DNA of 60,929 nt, the filler included. It is 8 parts of 8 records of this genome, joined end to end, with 100 filler letters (N's around TTAATTAATTAA, not from the genome) between each part and the next. Parts side by side here need not be neighbours in the genome. Positions count along the whole stretch, not along the records: positions 55,294 to 60,929 come from SRR31156797_34994; 7 more parts are not named here. One strand, written 5' to 3'. Below, one piece after another: positions 57,660 through 60,929 of this stretch; within the stretch, counting starts at the first letter, position 1; each line of letters opens with the position of its first letter. The notes beneath the pieces are model-generated. The model saw nothing but the letters and a program-made list of their open reading frames with translations. It had not been told where the DNA came from and did no database searches. The translations under genes and the position numbers were made by a program.

Positions 57660-58696
57660 AGTATAAATTGAGAATGTCAATTATCGGAATATTGGTGGGT
57701 ATCGTGATCGTGCTCTCTAGCTCGTTTTACACATTGGAAGAGGGCATGCAAGCGATTATCGTGCAGTTTGGCCGGCCCGTGGGGGATCCGGTGACCGAGG
57801 CGGGGCTACACATAAAACTGCCTTTTGTGCAAGAGATCCGGCGATTCGAAAAGCGTCTGCTTGTTTGGGATGGCGACCCGAACCAGATTCCGACCAAGGG
57901 GCGAGAGTTCATCTGGGTGGACACTACGGCGCGATGGCGGATTTCGGATGCTAAAAAATTTCTTGAGAATGTGGCCAGCGAAGAAGGAGCCCAGTCCCGT
58001 TTGAACGACATCCTCGATTCCGTGGTGCGCGACCAGGTGTCAAGCAGCGAGCTTGTGGAGCTTGTCCGTAGCGCATCGTGGGAAATCCCCCAGAACGAAG
58101 CACTGAAGGATATCCCCAAGGAGCGGGAAGAAGAGCTTAAAAGAGAGATCGCCCGAGGGCGGGAGGAAATCACCCGAACGATACTGGCTGAAGCACGGAA
58201 GATCATCCCGCAGTACGGCATCGAACTGGTGGATGTGCGTATCAAGCGCCTTGATTACGTGAAAAGCGTCCGCGAGAAGGTATACGAGCGCATGATATCA
58301 GAGCGAAAACGCATCGCGGCTCAGTTCCGCTCCGAAGGTGAAGGTCGCAGCGCGGAAATCCTCGGGACGATGGAAAAAGAGTTGCGTCAGATCAGGTCCA
58401 CGGCCTACCGCCGAGCACAGGAAATCCAAGGCAAAGCCGACGCGGATGCCACGCGCATTTACGGCAAAGCCTACAATCAAAATCCCGAATTCTATGCTTT
58501 CTTGCGCACCCTTGAAAGCTACAAAGAGAAATCGAATGAAAATTCCGTTCTGATCCTCACCACGGACAGCGACTTCTACCAATACATCAAGCAAGCGGTT
58601 CCAGACGAAACAAGGGACCTGTCGTCCCCGGCCTCACAAAAGACGACGCCATACGCCGGAAATGCCGGGTCTGAAGCGGTCTCGGAGGGAAATTGA
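57656..58696 (+). CDS. hflC: FtsH modulator HflC
   Basis: QFGRP, GLH.KLPF, GIELVDVRIKR, RMISER..IA..RSEG and PEFYAF.RTL.SY motifs; ATGA overlap with hflK. Confidence 0.9.
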   Translation: MKYKLRMSIIGILVGIVIVLSSSFYTLEEGMQAIIVQFGRPVGDPVTEAGLHIKLPFVQEIRRFEKRLLVWDGDPNQIPTKGREFIWVDTTARWRISDAKKFLENVASEEGAQSRLNDILDSVVRDQVSSSELVELVRSASWEIPQNEALKDIPKEREEELKREIARGREEITRTILAEARKIIPQYGIELVDVRIKRLDYVKSVREKVYERMISERKRIAAQFRSEGEGRSAEILGTMEKELRQIRSTAYRRAQEIQGKADADATRIYGKAYNQNPEFYAFLRTLESYKEKSNENSVLILTTDSDFYQYIKQAVPDETRDLSSPASQKTTPYAGNAGSEAVSEGN

Positions 58697-58995
58697 CGGT
58701 GATGCTTGGGATAGTCCAAACCATGTCGAAAATTTGCATTACTATTTATAGCGACAAAGGATTTTTTCATGAACACCTTTTAACCGAAATTATGCTCCTT
58801 GAAAGGAGGATCTCCGGACAGTGCTTAATGCAATGGGGAGCAAGTCCCCATAGGAAAGAAAGCATCATGGAAATCGCCTTCATATCCTAAGAAAACGGCC
58901 AGTTACCGGTCGGGGTCGATGACCGGAGCCAAATACCTGGCAGCAAGGTCATCGTAGGCAAAAACATCTTAACATAACACAGAGAGGCATTAGCA

Positions 58996-59346
58996 ATGAA
59001 AACAGAAACCGCGGGAAAAATTAAGTATGGAGTATGGGGGCTCATTTTTGGGGCCGTCATCGTAATGATCGTCGGTTTTTCCTGGGGGGGATGGACAACC
59101 TCCGCCACTGTCGAAAAGCTGAACAAAGAGGCGATCTTGGCAAATCAGGCGCAGATATGCATAGCTCAATTTATGATGCAATCAAATCATACGGATAAAC
59201 TTAAAGAATTTGGGGAAATAAGCATCTGGGAAAGATACAGGTTCATCGAAGAGGGGGGCTGGGACAAAATGCCCGGACAACAGGAGGCCGGCTATGGCGT
59301 GGCCCGTGCATGCGCCGACGGGCTTGAATTACTTATCGAAAAATGA
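58996..59346 (+). CDS. Small membrane-anchored hypothetical protein
   Basis: WGLIFGAVIVMIVGFSWGGW TM segment, two spaced Cys, GAGG RBS. Confidence 0.7.
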   Translation: MKTETAGKIKYGVWGLIFGAVIVMIVGFSWGGWTTSATVEKLNKEAILANQAQICIAQFMMQSNHTDKLKEFGEISIWERYRFIEEGGWDKMPGQQEAGYGVARACADGLELLIEK

Positions 59347-59371
59347 GTTGATTGATAAATGTTGATTATTT

Positions 59372-59407
59372 ACGGGATAGTAATTTGGGCGTGCCTAACT
59401 ATCCCGT
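59372..59407. terminator. Stem-loop between the hypothetical gene and ftsH
   Basis: ACGGGATAGT...ACTATCCCGT inverted repeat; weak U-tract. Confidence 0.4.
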
Positions 59408-59487
59408 CTTAATCCCGCGCCCTGTCCGACTTGAATCTAATCCAGGAGTAGGAAAAGAAAAATGCCCTTTGATGAGAATAAAATCTT

Positions 59488-60929
59488 ATGAAGAATCTAA
59501 AAGATATATTCAATTCCTTTTTCGGCCCTAAGGACCCACAGGCTCAAAAGAACGCCTGGCCGCCCAAGGCTCGTTTCAGCATATGGTATTTCCTGATCGT
59601 ATTTATGGCAGTCGGCTACCTGCAACAATACTTCCTTTCTTCAAAAGTGGAAACGATTCCTTACAGCCAATTTAAACAATACATCTCCGACGGCTACGTG
59701 GATAAACTATCCATTGGCTCTGAAAATATCGATGGGACGTTAAAAGGAACGCCGGAGCGTAAATTTACAACGGTTCGAGTAATTGATCTCAACCTGGTGA
59801 AGGAACTGGATGAACGCAAGGTCGGTTACTCCGGACGCCACGAAAGCAAATTTCTGGGCACACTGCTCTCCTGGATCATCCCTGTCGGCTTTTTTTTCCT
59901 TATCTGGCGCTTTGCCATGAAAAAGATGGGGCCGGGGATGGGGGTGATGTCTTTTAGTAAAAGCAAAGCCAAAATTTTTGCCGAAAGTGAAACAAAGGTC
60001 ACTTTCGAAGATGCCGCCGGTATTGATGAGGCAAAAGAGGAGCTCCAGGAGGTAGTTGATTTTTTGGGTAATCCGGGGAGGTTCCAGAAACTGGGGGGGA
60101 GGATTCCCAAAGGGGTGCTTCTGGTCGGTCCGCCAGGGACCGGTAAAACCCTTCTGGCCAGAGCTGTGGCAGGGGAGGCCAAAGTGCCTTTCTTCAGCAT
60201 CAGCGGTTCCGAATTTGTGGAGATGTTTGTCGGCGTGGGCGCGGCCCGTGTTCGCGATCTTTTCGCTCAAGCCGCCGAACAAGCCCCCTGCATCATCTTC
60301 ATCGATGAATTGGATGCCTTGGGCAAAGCCCGGGGTATGAATATCATGGGCGGTCATGACGAAAGAGAGCAGACCCTTAACCAACTCCTGGTGGAAATGG
60401 ATGGTTTCGAAACGAATAAAGGGGTCATCATCATGGCTGCAACCAACCGGCCGGAAATTCTGGATCCCGCTTTGCTGCGGCCGGGGCGGTTCGACCGGCA
60501 GGTTCTGGTCGATCGGCCGGATATCAATGGACGGGAAGCCATCTTGATAATTCACTCCAAGAACGTTTTATTGGCCCCCGATGCGAATCTCCGTGAGATC
60601 GCGGGCCGGACCCCCGGATTTGTGGGAGCTGACTTGGCCAATCTCATCAATGAGGCCGCCCTGTTGGCTGCCCGGAAAGATAAGGAAACCGTAGAGCCGG
60701 TTGATTTTGATGAGGCCATCGACCGTTTGGTCGCGGGGCTTGAGAAAAAGAACCGGGTGATGAATGCGAAGGAGAAAGAAATTATTGCCTTTCATGAGTC
60801 CGGACATGCGATTGTGGCTGAATCTGTTGAGCATGCCGACCCGGTGCACAAAATCTCCATTATTCCCAGGGGGATCGCGGCTCTAGGATATACGCAGCAG
60901 CAACCCACCGAAGACCGCTACTTAATGAC
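59488..60929 (+). CDS. ftsH: ATP-dependent zinc metalloprotease FtsH, 3'-truncated (absent from ORF track)
   Basis: Manual translation from ATG 59488 ([21 protein letters not shown]); [38 protein letters not shown] and HESGH motifs. Confidence 0.93.
   Translation, partial: MKNLKDIFNSFFGPKDPQAQKNAWPPKARFSIWYFLIVFMAVGYLQQYFLSSKVETIPYSQFKQYISDGYVDKLSIGSENIDGTLKGTPERKFTTVRVIDLNLVKELDERKVGYSGRHESKFLGTLLSWIIPVGFFFLIWRFAMKKMGPGMGVMSFSKSKAKIFAESETKVTFEDAAGIDEAKEELQEVVDFLGNPGRFQKLGGRIPKGVLLVGPPGTGKTLLARAVAGEAKVPFFSISGSEFVEMFVGVGAARVRDLFAQAAEQAPCIIFIDELDALGKARGMNIMGGHDEREQTLNQLLVEMDGFETNKGVIIMAATNRPEILDPALLRPGRFDRQVLVDRPDINGREAILIIHSKNVLLAPDANLREIAGRTPGFVGADLANLINEAALLAARKDKETVEPVDFDEAIDRLVAGLEKKNRVMNAKEKEIIAFHESGHAIVAESVEHADPVHKISIIPRGIAALGYTQQQPTEDRYLM

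Noticed and set aside
59740-60849. Minus-strand ORFs in the last 1.2 kb
   Set aside because: Antisense shadows of ftsH, which the track omitted because it has no stop in the window.

Overview
The window is not one locus. It is eight unrelated contigs joined by seven 100-bp N-linkers, each containing TTAATTAATTAA. Contigs 1-4, 7 and 8 look like Desulfobacterota (deltaproteobacteria); contigs 5-6 look like Bacteroidota (AT-rich, gldF, TAnnTTTG promoter elements). The taxonomy is inferred from gene content only. The highlight is contig 4 (23392-31342, minus strand), a mycofactocin RiPP cofactor locus. It runs Zn-alcohol dehydrogenase, a 45-aa MftA precursor missed by the ORF track (ends IDGICGVY), mftB, mftC, two FadH/OYE flavoproteins with non-canonical active sites, an atypical ETF alpha, and a seven-heme c-type cytochrome fused to an ETF:quinone-oxidoreductase-like membrane domain. 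Read together this suggests an anaerobic, membrane-coupled route for recycling mycofactocin. Other content: a multi-PAS/GAF histidine kinase with a degenerate ATP pocket, a prokaryotic cation-chloride cotransporter, an IPTL-CTERM protein tail, TetR-SulP with twin operators, a short Rho with five 11-bp upstream repeats, a Kelch-SSS/aldolase/sialidase/GH106-like cluster, sat-aroB and napMADGH followed by a eukaryote-like PFK-2/FBPase-2, and hflK-hflC-ftsH. No rRNA, tRNA, CRISPR array or intact transposase was seen.
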